Assembly: GCF_001194135.2 (NCBI RefSeq)
Contig: NC_068994.1
Span: forward strand, 12,908,156-12,972,155
Reading direction: 5' to 3'
Source of the DNA: Octopus bimaculoides
Taxonomy: Eukaryota
DNA length: 64,000 bases
Under the pieces are notes generated by a model that had not been told where the DNA came from, ran no database searches, and saw only the letters and a list, made by a program, of their open reading frames with translations. Below are positions 52,300 to 64,000 of this stretch, piece after piece (the first letter of the stretch is position 1; every line of letters begins with the position of its first letter). Position numbers and translations under genes: made by a program.

Positions 52300-53486
52300 A
52301 TATATATANNNNNNNNNNNNNNNNNNNNNNNNNNNNNNNNNNNNNNNNNNNNNNNNNNNNNNNNNNNNNNNNNNNNNNNNNNNNNNNNNNNNNNNNNNNN
52401 NNNNNNNNNNNNNNNNNNNNNNNNNNNNNNNNNNNNNNNNNNNNNNNNNNNNNNNNNNNNNNNNNNNNNNNNNNNNNNNNNNNNNNNNNNNNNNNNNNNN
52501 NNNNNNNNNNNNNNNNNNNNNNNNNNNNNNNNNNNNNNNNNNNNNNNNNNNNNNNNNNNNNNNNNNNNNNNNNNNNNNNNNNNNNNNNNNNNNNNNNNNN
52601 NNNNNNNNNNNNNNNNNNNNNNNNNNNNNNNNNNNNNNNNNNNNNNNNNNNNNNNNNNNNNNNNNNNNNNNNNNNNNNNNNNNNNNNNNNNNNNNNNNNN
52701 NNNNNNNNNNNNNNNNNNNNNNNNNNNNNNNNNNNNNNNNNNNNNNNNNNNNNNNNNNNNNNNNNNNNNNNNNNNNNNNNNNNNNNNNNNNNNNNNNNNN
52801 NNNNNNNNNNNNNNNNNNNNNNNNNNNNNNNNNNNTAGAAACTCTGCCAAATTAGATTGGAGCCTGGTGTTGCCATCCTGTTTCACCAGTCCTCAGTCAA
52901 ATCGTCCAACCCATGCTAGCATGGAAAGCAGACGTTAAACGACGACGATGATGATGATGATGATGATATATATATAAATTGCTGAGAAAACATGTTCGCT
53001 ACTTCCAACAGTTGGTTTAAAGACCAGATCCAACTAAATCTGCATTATCTACAGAGGGAAGAAATTTCAATCAACTGATTTTGTATGAGTTATCTCTCTT
53101 GTTTGTTATTTTTAGATTTTAAACATGGCTAAAGGGAGTACTGTCGACTGCTTGGTTGGATATTTCTAGTTAATGGAAGTTTTTCAATTTACCCATAGGC
53201 ATAGACCACCTTTTTTGATAAGCAGACTGCTTGAGACATGACTCATTATCAGGCAGTGCTGCAAAAACAATTCAAGGTTATTTTACATTCAGAAAGTCCT
53301 GCAGGCTGCAGTTTGCTCATGATATTTACCATAAGCGCAGGAGTGGCTGTGTGGTAAGAAGCTTGCTACCCAACCACATGGTTCTGGGTTCAGTGTGACA
53401 CTTTGGGCAAGTGTCTTCTACTATAGCCTTAGGATGACCAAAGCCTTATGAGTGGATTTGGTAGACGGAAACTGAAAGAAGCCTAT

Positions 53487-53549
<63 letters not shown>

Positions 53550-53728
53550 GGCAGGCTTCTTTTAGTTTCTGTCTACCAAATCCACTCACAAGGCTTTCGT
53601 CACTCCGAGGCTATAGTACAAGGCACTTGCACTAAGTGCCACATGGTTCTGGGACTGAACCCAGAACCATGTGGTTGGTAAGCAAGCTACTTAACACACA
53701 CCCACTCCTGCACCTATAAAATAGCTAT

Positions 53729-53800
53729 TTCCCAATTGGGGAACCGAACCCCAGCCACCGTGGTGAGAGCGCAGAATCCTAACCACTAGACCATATACAT
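53729..53800 (-). pseudogene. Degenerate tRNA-Glu(CTC) gene or pseudogene
   Basis: Minus strand reads TG GTCT AGTGGTTA GGAT T CTGCG CTCTCAC CACGG TGGC TGGGG TTCGGTT CCCCA ATTGGGA A, collinear with metazoan tRNA-Glu. The T-stem is perfect, the anticodon stem has a mismatch, and the 5' acceptor strand (ATGTATA) does not pair. TTTT follows about 8 nt downstream. Confidence 0.8.
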
Positions 53801-55030
53801 GGAAAGGCTTCCACAATGTTTCCATTTCAAGTAATTGGCATCTCATTCCCCTCTCTCTCCATATACATGCGAATAGCTACCACAATGTTTCCATCTACCA
53901 GATTCACTCACAAGGGTTTGGGTCGAAACGGGCTGAAGGTTCTATCCATACAATGGTCCTGAATCCAGAACTGTGTGGTTGGAAAGCAAACTTCGTACCC
54001 ACAGCTGTGTTATACAGATTTTAAAACAACCACACCTGTGTAACAAATATCAAAATCCTATTTGTGAACTCGTTTAATTACAAGCTTGCTTTTTCCTCTC
54101 ATGACACTGATCAGTTTTTTTGTTTGTAACACGCATATTAACAAATGTTTTATGCGTGATTAAGTTGTTACATATCAAAGTCCAACACTAAACAAAGTGC
54201 CACCCTCGCACTTGTTCTCAAACTACATATGACTGTTCAAACAAATTAATCAATCAGTAAAAGAGTGATCTAGATAAATGCATTGTTTCTTATCTACTCG
54301 TTAGATAATTTATATATAGATGTGTGTGTGTGTATAAGCTTGGCTGTGTGGTAAGTTTGCTTCTTTACCACATGGTTCTGGGTTCAGTCCCATTGCATGG
54401 CACCTTGGGAAATTGTCTTCTACTGTAGCCTCAGACTGGATCTGATAGATGGAAACTGAAAGAAGCCTGTCACACACACACACACANNNNNNNNNNNNNN
54501 NNNNNNNNNNNNNNNNNNNNNNNNNNNNNNNNNNNNNNNNNNNNNNNNNNNNNNNNNNNNNNNNNNNNNNNNNNNNNNNNNNNNNNNNNNNNNNNNNNNN
54601 NNNNNNNNNNNNNNNNNNNNNNNNNNNNNNNNNNNNNNNNNNNNNNNNNNNNNNNNNNNNNNNNNNNNNNNNNNNNNNNNNNNNNNNNNNNNNNNNNNNN
54701 NNNNNNNNNNNNNNNNNNNNNNNNNNNNNNNNNNNNNNNNNNNNNNNNNNNNNNNNNNNNNNNNNNNNNNNNNNNNNNNNNNNNNNNNNNNNNNNNNNNN
54801 NNNNNNNNNNNNNNNNNNNNNNNNNNNNNNNNNNNNNNNNNNNNNNNNNNNNNNNNNNNNNNNTATATATATATAATGCGAGAGAGTTAGGGATTGAGGA
54901 TTCAACCCACTAAGGGATAGTATCTATCCAATATACTGCTGGGAGGGTACCCAATTATTGTTACACTAGTGTTATACGAAGTGCAATAAATGGGAGCGGG
55001 TAAAAGGGGTGGGGGGGTTTACCCTAAATT

Positions 55031-55318
55031 TATATATCAATTAGAAAATGGAGGATAATATGCTGAACCCAACGACTTGCAGACAGTGTATCCCGTTGAA
55101 TTCATTAATTTAATTCATAGCTAAAGTGACAAAAAAACTCACAAAGTACAGGTGTTTATGAAAAACCATGTTATTTTGCCAACCGGGTTTACAGATAGAA
55201 GTACAAAGTACATAAGGAATTAGAGAATGAACGAATTAAATTAATGAATTCAACAGGATACACTGTCTGCAAGTCGTTGGGTTCAGCATATTATCCTCCA
55301 TTTTCTAATTGATATATA
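55031..55318. mobile_element. MITE-like element with ~86-bp almost identical terminal inverted repeats
   Basis: 55031-55116 versus 55233-55318: one visible mismatch; TA-rich flanks. Confidence 0.75.
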
Positions 55319-56878
55319 TATATATATATACACATACGCACATACATATATATGTATGTATGATTGTTTGTATGTATGTATAAAGGTAACTTAGTCATTT
55401 TACTGGTCTTCAGCCCAAATTTGAAGCCATTATTTCTGCCAGTGAAATGAACGATTTCATTTGTATGTCAATGATGTTCATTTACTCCCCTTGTGTGATG
55501 TCTAAACAAAGGTACACACATGCACATATACATTTACACACATACACACACACACACACACATATAGTGGAGGTGCATAGCTTAGTAGTTAGGATGTTGG
55601 ATTCACAACCATAAGATTGTGGTTTCAATTGTGTTCTTGAGCAAAACACTTCATTTCATTTTGCTCCAATCCACTCAGGTGTAGAAATGAGTTTAGCCTT
55701 GAGAAGGATGGGCTCCACCAGGCTTTCTTGGTCCAAGATACGCTACATGGCTGCAATGCCCCAACAACCCTGGGGGGTTAAGCGGCTTGTCAATTGTCAA
55801 TCATCATCATCATCATCATTGGTTAATGTCCACTTTCCATGCTAGCATGGGTTGGACGATTTGACTGAGGACTGGTAATCCAGAAGGCTGCACCAGGCTC
55901 CAATTTGATTTGGCAGAGTTTCTACAGCTGGATGCCCTTCCTAACGCCAACCACTCCAAGAGTGTAGTGGGTGCTATTATGTACCACCAGCACGAGGGCC
56001 AGTCAGGTGGTACTGGCAACGGCCATGCTCAAGTGGTGTTTTTTAATTGCCACCTGCACAGGAGCCAGTCCAGCAGCACTGGCAACAACCTCGCTCAAAT
56101 AGTTTTTCACGTGCCACCGATGCAAGTGCCAGTAAAGTGACGCTGGTAACCATCACGTTTGAATGGTACTTTTAATGTGCCAGCGGTATGGAAGCCAGTC
56201 AGGTCAATTTAGGGATTTAGTGGAAGACAGTTGCCCAATGTGCTGCATAGTGGGACTGAACCTGGAATGACACGGTTTGGGAGCAAGCTTCTTAACCACA
56301 CATCCATACCCATGTTTATACGTGCGTTTATGTTTATGTGACACATACATTCTCTCTCTCTCACGCACACAACACCTGTTACACCTTGTCATGCTGTGAT
56401 TAAAGTTTACACGTTAACAAAATTAAGACTAAAAATAAAATACAGTCACAAACAGATGACAGCTGATGAGAACTTGAAATCTTGTTATCATTCCTTCAAC
56501 GAAGTAATTATGAATAAATGTTACATTAAAACACATGGGCACAGGTTGACATTTATACAAATGTACTCTACGCCACCTCACCACTTACCAGCACACCTTA
56601 TTCTTTTTTATAAGCCATGACAGTTATTACAGGTGTCACATAACTCAATATTACAGGTGTGCTAAAGGTGGCAAGCTGATTGAATCGTTAGTATGCCAGG
56701 TAAAATGCTTAGTAACATTTCATGTCCCCACATTCTGAGTTCAAATTCTGCCTAGGTCAACTTTACTTTTAATCCTTTCACGATTGATAAAATAAGTACC
56801 AGTTGTATACTGGTGTTGATGTTATAGAATTAGCCCCTCTTCAAAAATTACTGGCCTTGCACCAAAATTTGAAACCAA

Positions 56879-56909
<31 letters not shown>

Positions 56910-56988
56910 TAAAGTGGTGAGCTTGCAGAATTATTAGCATGCTGGGCAAAATGCTTAGTGGTATTTCATCTATCTTTACCTTCTCAGT

Positions 56989-57380
56989 GTGGAGTCGCAA
57001 TGGCCCAGTGGTTAGGGCAGCGGACTCGCGGTCATAGAATCGCGGTTTCGATTCCCAGACCGGGCGTTGTGAGTGTTTATTGAGCGAAAACACCTAAAAG
57101 CTTCACGAGGCTCCGGCAGGGGATGGTGGCGAACCCTGCTGTACTCTTTCACCACAACTTTCTCTCACTCTTATTTCCTGTTTCTGTTGTGCCTGTAATT
57201 CAAAGGGTCAGCCTTGTCACACTGTGTCATGCTGAATCTCCCCGAGAACTACGTTAAGGGTACACGTGTCTGTGGGGTGCTCAGCCACTTGCACGTTAAT
57301 TTCACGAGCAGGCTGTTCCGTTGATCTGATAAACTGGAACCCTCGACGTCGTAAGCGACGAAGTGCCAACAACAACAAAA
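56989..57380 (+). mobile_element. tRNA-derived SINE family A, inserted inside a family C SINE
   Basis: TSD CTTCTCAGT (56980-56988 and 57381-57389); the host element resumes after the insertion. Confidence 0.88.
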
Positions 57381-58078
57381 CTTCTCAGTTCAAATTCTGC
57401 CACAGTTGACTTCGCCTTTCATCCTTTCAGGGTTGATAAAATAAGTACCGGTTGAACACTGGGGTCGATATAATTGACTTACACCCCTCACCCCGATATT
57501 AAAGCTGTCCTACAGCTTGTGGCTGTGTGGTTAAGAAGTTTGCTTTGTAGGTATGTGTTTTCGGGTTCAATTCCACTGTACAGTACCTTCAGGAAAAAGA
57601 GTCTTCTACCATAGATTTGACCTTGTGAATGAAATTTGCTGGATGGAAACTATATGGAAGCCTGTTAAATACTGGTGTCAAAATAATATTCCTATCAAGC
57701 ATTTTAAATTGGAATAGAATTATATCTTCCACAATCAATAAAATAAAGTATCAGTCAATTATTTGTGTTGAATTAATATTCCTATAAAGCATCTTTGATG
57801 TGGAAGGAATTATAGTAGAGATCATATATGTATCACAGGTCTACCTAATCAGGACTGATCTGGAGTTAAATAACAGCATTAATAACAACAAACAGTTCAG
57901 CTCCTCACCACTAAACAGAGGAAAACAGTCAGACATGTTATTGCCTCAACATATTTGATTACATTTGAAAATGTCAACAATTTCAAAACTTGATATTTAA
58001 ATTATCCTTTTCTATTTATGTTTGTCTTTCTTTTATTTTCTGTTTTGCCAGATCCGGCTATATTTGGTATCTTCAAAA

Positions 58079-58195
58079 ATGTCAACTGGTTTCAAAGTTG
58101 ACCGCTTGGATCATTTTGTAATTACGGTCAAGGATATCGAGCAGACAGTCAGTTTTTATACTAAAGTGCTGGGAATGGACTTGGTCTCGTTTAAG
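58079..58195 (+). CDS. GLOD5: Glyoxalase domain-containing protein 5 (VOC family), coding exon 1 (MSTGFKVDRLDHFVITVKDIEQTVSFYTKVLGMDLVSFK)
   Basis: Acceptor ttgccag| before 58052 and donor |gttagt; RLDH.V.TV.....T..FY..VLGM motif. Confidence 0.93.
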
Positions 58196-59390
58196 GTTAG
58201 TTGTTGAAAGTGCATACGACTTCACACAGCTGTCTCTACAGATTCATATAAACATGTACAAGCATTCTTTCATACATACATACATACATACATGCACATA
58301 TGCTTACATGTATAAATCTGTATGTATACATGCATACTTATTTAAAATATATGTACGTGTGAATAGAGAAAAAACAAAGACTGAAAATTTTCAGACAATC
58401 AATATTCTTTTCTACTCTAGGCACAAGGCCCGAAATTTTTGGGGAGGGGGGGCCAGTCGATTAGATTGACCCCAGTATGCAACTGGTAATTAATTTATTG
58501 ATCCCAAAAGGATGAAAGGCAAAGTCGACCTCGGCAGAATTTGAACTCAGAACGTAACGACTGACGAAATACCACTAAGCATTTCACTCGGCATGTTAAT
58601 GTTTCTGCCAGCTCCTTGCCTTTAAAATAATCTTTTTTACTCTAGGCGCAAGGCCGGAAATTTGAGGGGAGGGAGTTCAAACGATGAATATTGAAGTATA
58701 CTCTTTTACTCTCTCTTTTACTTGTTTCAGTCATTNNNNNNNNNNNNNNNNNNNNNNNNNNNNNNNNNNNNNNNNNNNNNNNNNNNNNNNNNNNNNNNNN
58801 NNNNNNNNNNNNNNNNNNNNNNNNNNNNNNNNNNNNNNNNNNNNNNNNNNNNNNNNNNNNNNNNNNNNNNNNNNNNNNNNNNNNNNNNNNNNNNNNNNNN
58901 NNNNNNNNNNNNNNNNNNNNNNNNNNNNNNNNNNNNNNNNNNNNNNNNNNNNNNNNNNNNNNNNNNNNNNNNNNNNNNNNNNNNNNNNNNNNNNNNNNNN
59001 NNNNNNNNATATATATATACATATATACGACAGGCTTCTTTCAGTTTCCGTCTACCAAATCCACTCACAAGGCTTTGGTCAGCCTGAGGCTATAGTAGAA
59101 GACACTTGCCCAAGGTGCCACGCAGTGGGACTGATCCCAGAACCATGTGGTTGGTGAGCAAGCTACTTACCACACAGCCATGTACATATATGCAATTATA
59201 CTTATAGACATTCATACTTACATGCGTGCTATATACATGTATACTCCAAACCATGTGAGTGCGAAGCCAGCTTTTTAAACACGTGGCCATGCTTGAGCTT
59301 AGTAATTATTTATTTATTTATTTATTTTTGCTTTGTAAATTGGTAAAACATGTTTTCACCTATTTCTTAACTTTATTTTTGAAATGGTAG

Positions 59391-59567
<177 letters not shown>

Positions 59568-60010
59568 TAAACTCTTCTCTATTGCTTTGTTATAACCTCC
59601 ACCTTAGCAAAGCTGGAGCTATTGTTTTCAGTCATGTTTGTTTGTTTGTTCGTCCAGGGACAAGATATCTCAAGAATTGCTGGATGGATTGGGATGAAAC
59701 TTTCAGAGATGTTTGGCCTCATGACTGGCACAAACTGATTAGATTTGGGGATTGATCCGGTAATGGACAAGGATTCTGGATTATTTTCCCTCTTTTTTTT
59801 TTTGCTTAAATTTTTCACCTCTCACTTATCCTAGATTTTATTTGATTATTATTATACACTCCATAGTAGTGCTTCCTCAATTTTTCAGGTGTGTGGTCAT
59901 GTTAGATTGCATCCTAAATTTGTTACAACTGTGTTATCTGAAAGCTGTGTTACTTGAAAGCCAGTTCCAGCTGGAACTGCTTACTATGAGTTCAGTTCAA
60001 TTCTCTGAAT

Positions 60011-60085
<75 letters not shown>

Positions 60086-60134
60086 ATGTGTGCATATGCA
60101 ATGAATGGATTACATCCTACTATCTTGCTCATAA

Positions 60135-60338
<204 letters not shown>

Positions 60339-61112
60339 TTAAACTGCTAATTATCTGTGATGCTGTTGAAGATGTTTATAATCTACAATCTATAATATGG
60401 TTTCATTTCTCAGACAATTCTGCATCATCTACAATTTTAAAAACCTAGGGAAACAGTTGATTCAAATGCTCATAACCTTGACAGCAACATCAAAGAAATT
60501 ATCATCAAGCCATATGAAATGTAGCTGGAATAACTCACTAATAAATAACAATTATACATGTGCCAAAAACATGTCATATGTGATGGCATATGAGCTACAT
60601 GGCCATATTAAAAGCACCACAGTTTCAGTGTCTCATATTCAGGAAAAAAAGTTTTTAGTGCACTTAAGTATATAATGTAGGCACAACGTTGGATATAAGG
60701 GACCCAGGGTGAATTTTTGAGTTATTTTTTGGGGGAAAAAAAATCATGTCTTATATACCATCAAATAACCCTTTATCATTCAAACAGGCCATATATTCTA
60801 CCTGTTTAAATCAAATATACTGTATAAACGACCGTAATAATAAAAGGTGTGTAAGATGTATAATTGTCCTTATTTATTTGAATTGTCTTGTATATACACT
60901 CAGTAAACTGTTTCTAATCCAAGAAAGTAAACTCAGCATTTACCCATCGGGTGAAATACATTGCGACTGTTTACCTTAAATAGTTTCAGATTATTCTGTA
61001 TCATTCGATGTGGTTAACCAGAACTTGGACGATGCAAGAGTGCTTGAACAATATCTGACTGGACATATTATCCCTTTCTGTTCACCTCATATATATGTAT
61101 GTATATATCATC

Positions 61113-61144
<32 letters not shown>

Positions 61145-63084
61145 CACTTAATGTCTGTCTTCCATGCTGGCATGGGTTGGATGGTTTGACAGGAACTTGA
61201 CTTTGCATCCAGTAAAACTGAATTATAGATTTGACAAGAGCTGGCCAACCAGAGGACTGCACTGAGCTCTACTGTCTGTTTTGGCATGATTTCTACAGCT
61301 GGATGCCCTTTCTAACACCAACCACTTTACAGAGTGGACTGTATGTATACATATGTATATATATCATCATCATCATCATCGTTTAACGTCCGCTTTCCAT
61401 GCTAGCATGGGTTGGACGATTTGACTGAGGACTGGTGAAACCGGATGGCAACACCAGGCTCCAATCTAATTTGGCAGAGTTTCTACAGCTGGATGCCCTT
61501 CCTAACGCCAACCACTCAGAGAGTGTAGTGGGTGCTTTTACGTGTCACCCGCACGAAAACGGCCACGCTCGAAATGGTGTCTTTTATGTGCCNNNNNNNN
61601 NNNNNNNNNNNNNNNNNNNNNNNNNNNNNNNNNNNNNNNNNNNNNNNNNNNNNNNNNNNNNNNNNNNNNNNNNNNNNNNNNNNNNNNNNNNNNNNNNNNN
61701 NNNNNNNNNNNNNNNNNNNNNNNNNNNNNNNNNNNNNNNNNNNNNNNNNNNNNNNNNNNNNNNNNNNNNNNNNNNNNNNNNNNNNNNNNNNNNNNNNNNN
61801 NNNNNNNNNNNNNNNNNNNNNNNNNNNNNNNNNNNNNNNNNNNNNNNNNNNNNNNNNNNNNNNNNNNNNNNNNNNNNNNNNNNNNNNNNNNNNNNNNNNN
61901 NNNNNNNNNNNNNNNNNNNNNNNNNNNNNNNNNNNNNNNNNNNNNNNNNNNNNNNNNNNNNNNNNNNNNNNNNNNNNNNNNNNNNNNNNNNNNNNNNNNN
62001 NNNNNNNNNNNNNNNNNNNNNNNNNNNNNNNNNNNNNNNNNNNNNNNNNNNNNNNNNNNNNNNNNNNNNNNNNNNNNNNNNNNNNNNNNNNNNNNNNNNN
62101 NNNNNNNNNNNNNNNNNNNNNNNNNNNNNNNNNNNNNNNNNNNNNNNNNNNNNNNNNNNNNNNNNNNNNNNNNNNNNNNNNNNNNNNNNNNNNNNNNNNN
62201 NNNNNNNNNNNNNNNNNNNNNNNNNNNNNNNNNNNNNNNNNNNNNNNNNNNNNNNNNNNNNNNNNNNNNNNNNNNNNNNNNNNNNNNNNNNNNNNNNNNN
62301 NNNNNNNNNNNNNNNNNNNNNNNNNNNNNNNNNNNNNNNNNNNNNNNNNNNNNNNNNNNNNNNNNNNNNNNNNNNNNNNNNNNNNNNNNNNNNNNNNNNN
62401 NNNNNNNNNNNNNNNNNNNNNNNNNNNNNNNNNNNNNNNNNNNNNNNNNNNNNNNNNNNNNNNNNNNNNNNNNNNNNNNNNNNNNNNNNNCACACACACA
62501 TACATACATACATATATATATATATATTGCATCTTCTGACCACAGCTAGTTTCTTTTAGAAAAACAGAAGGCAAGAAAGAAAGAAAAGTGGTTCCAGCAC
62601 ATGCCTTGGCTTACACACACACACACACACACACACACTTTAGAGTAAATATGTTTGTATGATTGGGTGTGTATTTTTAAAATTAAACACATGCAAACAC
62701 ACGTGACTGTGAATGTGTGTGTGTGTGAGTGAATTCATATGTCTGTAAGACTGGGTGTGTATTTTTATTGTTATTCAATAAAAATATGCAAACAATTGAG
62801 ATTTATGATATCTTGTTGATTATATACAATTTTGAACGTAAGCCATAATAAGATTTTAAATTTCCTTGCTTTAAAATTCTTGGAATGTCTTCACAATTTC
62901 AAGTAACAAAAAATTAATACAAGTACTATTTCATCAATGTTTTTAATTTTTTTCATACTGAGACACACTATTCTCTTGTATTTTGTCTATAATTGTAGCC
63001 TCGCCTATTATACAAATACTACTGAGTAACCTATTGTTTTATGCATAGAGTAAGTAATACTTTGTACCATTGAAACTGTTTTCC

Positions 63085-63290
63085 CTTTCACTTGTGCAGG
63101 AAATAGATTTCGTCAAATGTCCAGGGAGATTCTTGGCGGTAGTAGATAGTTTTCATTACTGAGGTGACCAAATTAGCAAAAGTGGATATTGCTCTGAAAG
63201 TGTAGTTACCAGAATAAGAACTGGCTGGGTAAAGTTCAGAGAGCTATTAACATTGATGGTAACAAAAGGCCTCTCTCTCTGCATGAAAGG
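63085..63290 (+). mobile_element. Short RTE LINE fragment
   Basis: F.Y.GD...SGY..ESV..RIRTGW.KFRELL.LMVTKGLSL; same family as 41430-42330. Confidence 0.75.
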
Positions 63291-63568
63291 CCATGCTGGG
63301 GCAATGCCGTCAGGAGCTTTTAGCTGTCCAAATCAACCGCAGTACTTATATTTTTTTAAGTCTAGTACCTATTCCATTGATCTTTTAACACATAATGCGC
63401 AACGGGCCATGATCATGGCCATCAGGCAAAGGTTGCCAGGCCATGATTGTGGTTCAGATAAATGCATTTAATTTATGGGTGTTTGTTTGTTGGTATGTCA
63501 GTCAAGAGATAGTTCAACTAATGACTTTTCAGATGATGTAAAACTTGCCACCATTATATACTAAGAAG

Positions 63569-63609
<41 letters not shown>

Positions 63610-64000
63610 TTAACGTCTGCTTTCCATACTAGCATAGGTTGGACGATATGACTGGGGACTGGCGAAGCAGATGGCTACACCAGACTCCAATCTGATCTGG
63701 CAGAGTTTCTACAGCTGGATGCCCTTCCTAAAGCCAACCACTCCGAGAAAATATTTATTTTTGTATACTTCTACTTTATTTATATTTGAAAATTCTTCTC
63801 TTACTTTTTTTTTTAATTGCAAAGTCTTTGATCAGATCCTCACTATGACACCATAAACACATCCAAATTACATTTCCAATCATATAAACTACTCTTTTAC
63901 TCTTTTACTTGTTTCAGTCATTTGATTGTGGCCATGCTGGAGCACCGCCTTTAGTTGAGCAAATCGACCCCAGGACTTATTCTTTGGATGCCTAGTACTT

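Noticed and set aside
56989-57065. tRNA gene at SINE family A heads (also 9903 and 2660-2732)
   Set aside because: The acceptor stem does not close and the sequence continues into a conserved SINE body and tail with TSDs.
61435-62574. Long ORFs spanning N runs (also 4824-5376, 7370-8150, 22787-23285, 49847-50349, 52190-52886, 54420-54913, 58642-59157)
   Set aside because: Open only because Ns contain no stops.

Overview
AT-rich, microsatellite- and retroposon-dense animal genomic DNA. The tRNA-derived SINEs with (GAT)n/RTE-like tails and the many short gaps at microsatellites suggest an octopus/coleoid draft assembly (inference). Three protein-coding genes can be rebuilt by hand from splice sites. 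(1) The 3' part of a divergent Rad21/Rec8-family kleisin (REC8-like), + strand, 8-9 exons between 199 and 13343, with a complete C-terminal winged-helix motif. (2) The first coding (uDENN) exon of MADD/Rab3-GEF, - strand, 31428-32038. No further MADD exons are visible, and a 100-N gap of unknown size lies at 27053-27152. (3) A complete 134-aa GLOD5-like VOC protein, + strand, 3 exons, 58079-60338. Also present: a degenerate tRNA-Glu(CTC), several SINE families, RTE and CR1 LINE relics, three Tc1/mariner relics and five foldback/palindromic elements. The most interesting observation is that three foldback elements with different sequences (6985-7332, 12509-12925, 18845-19284) each carry a minimal type-I hammerhead-ribozyme-like motif of the Penelope type. 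In all three it lies in the inverted arms and points outward. A CpG-rich antisense first-exon/promoter-like island lies inside a REC8 intron (about 4300-4520). No CRISPR or prokaryotic features. All calls are by-eye reading; no searches were run.
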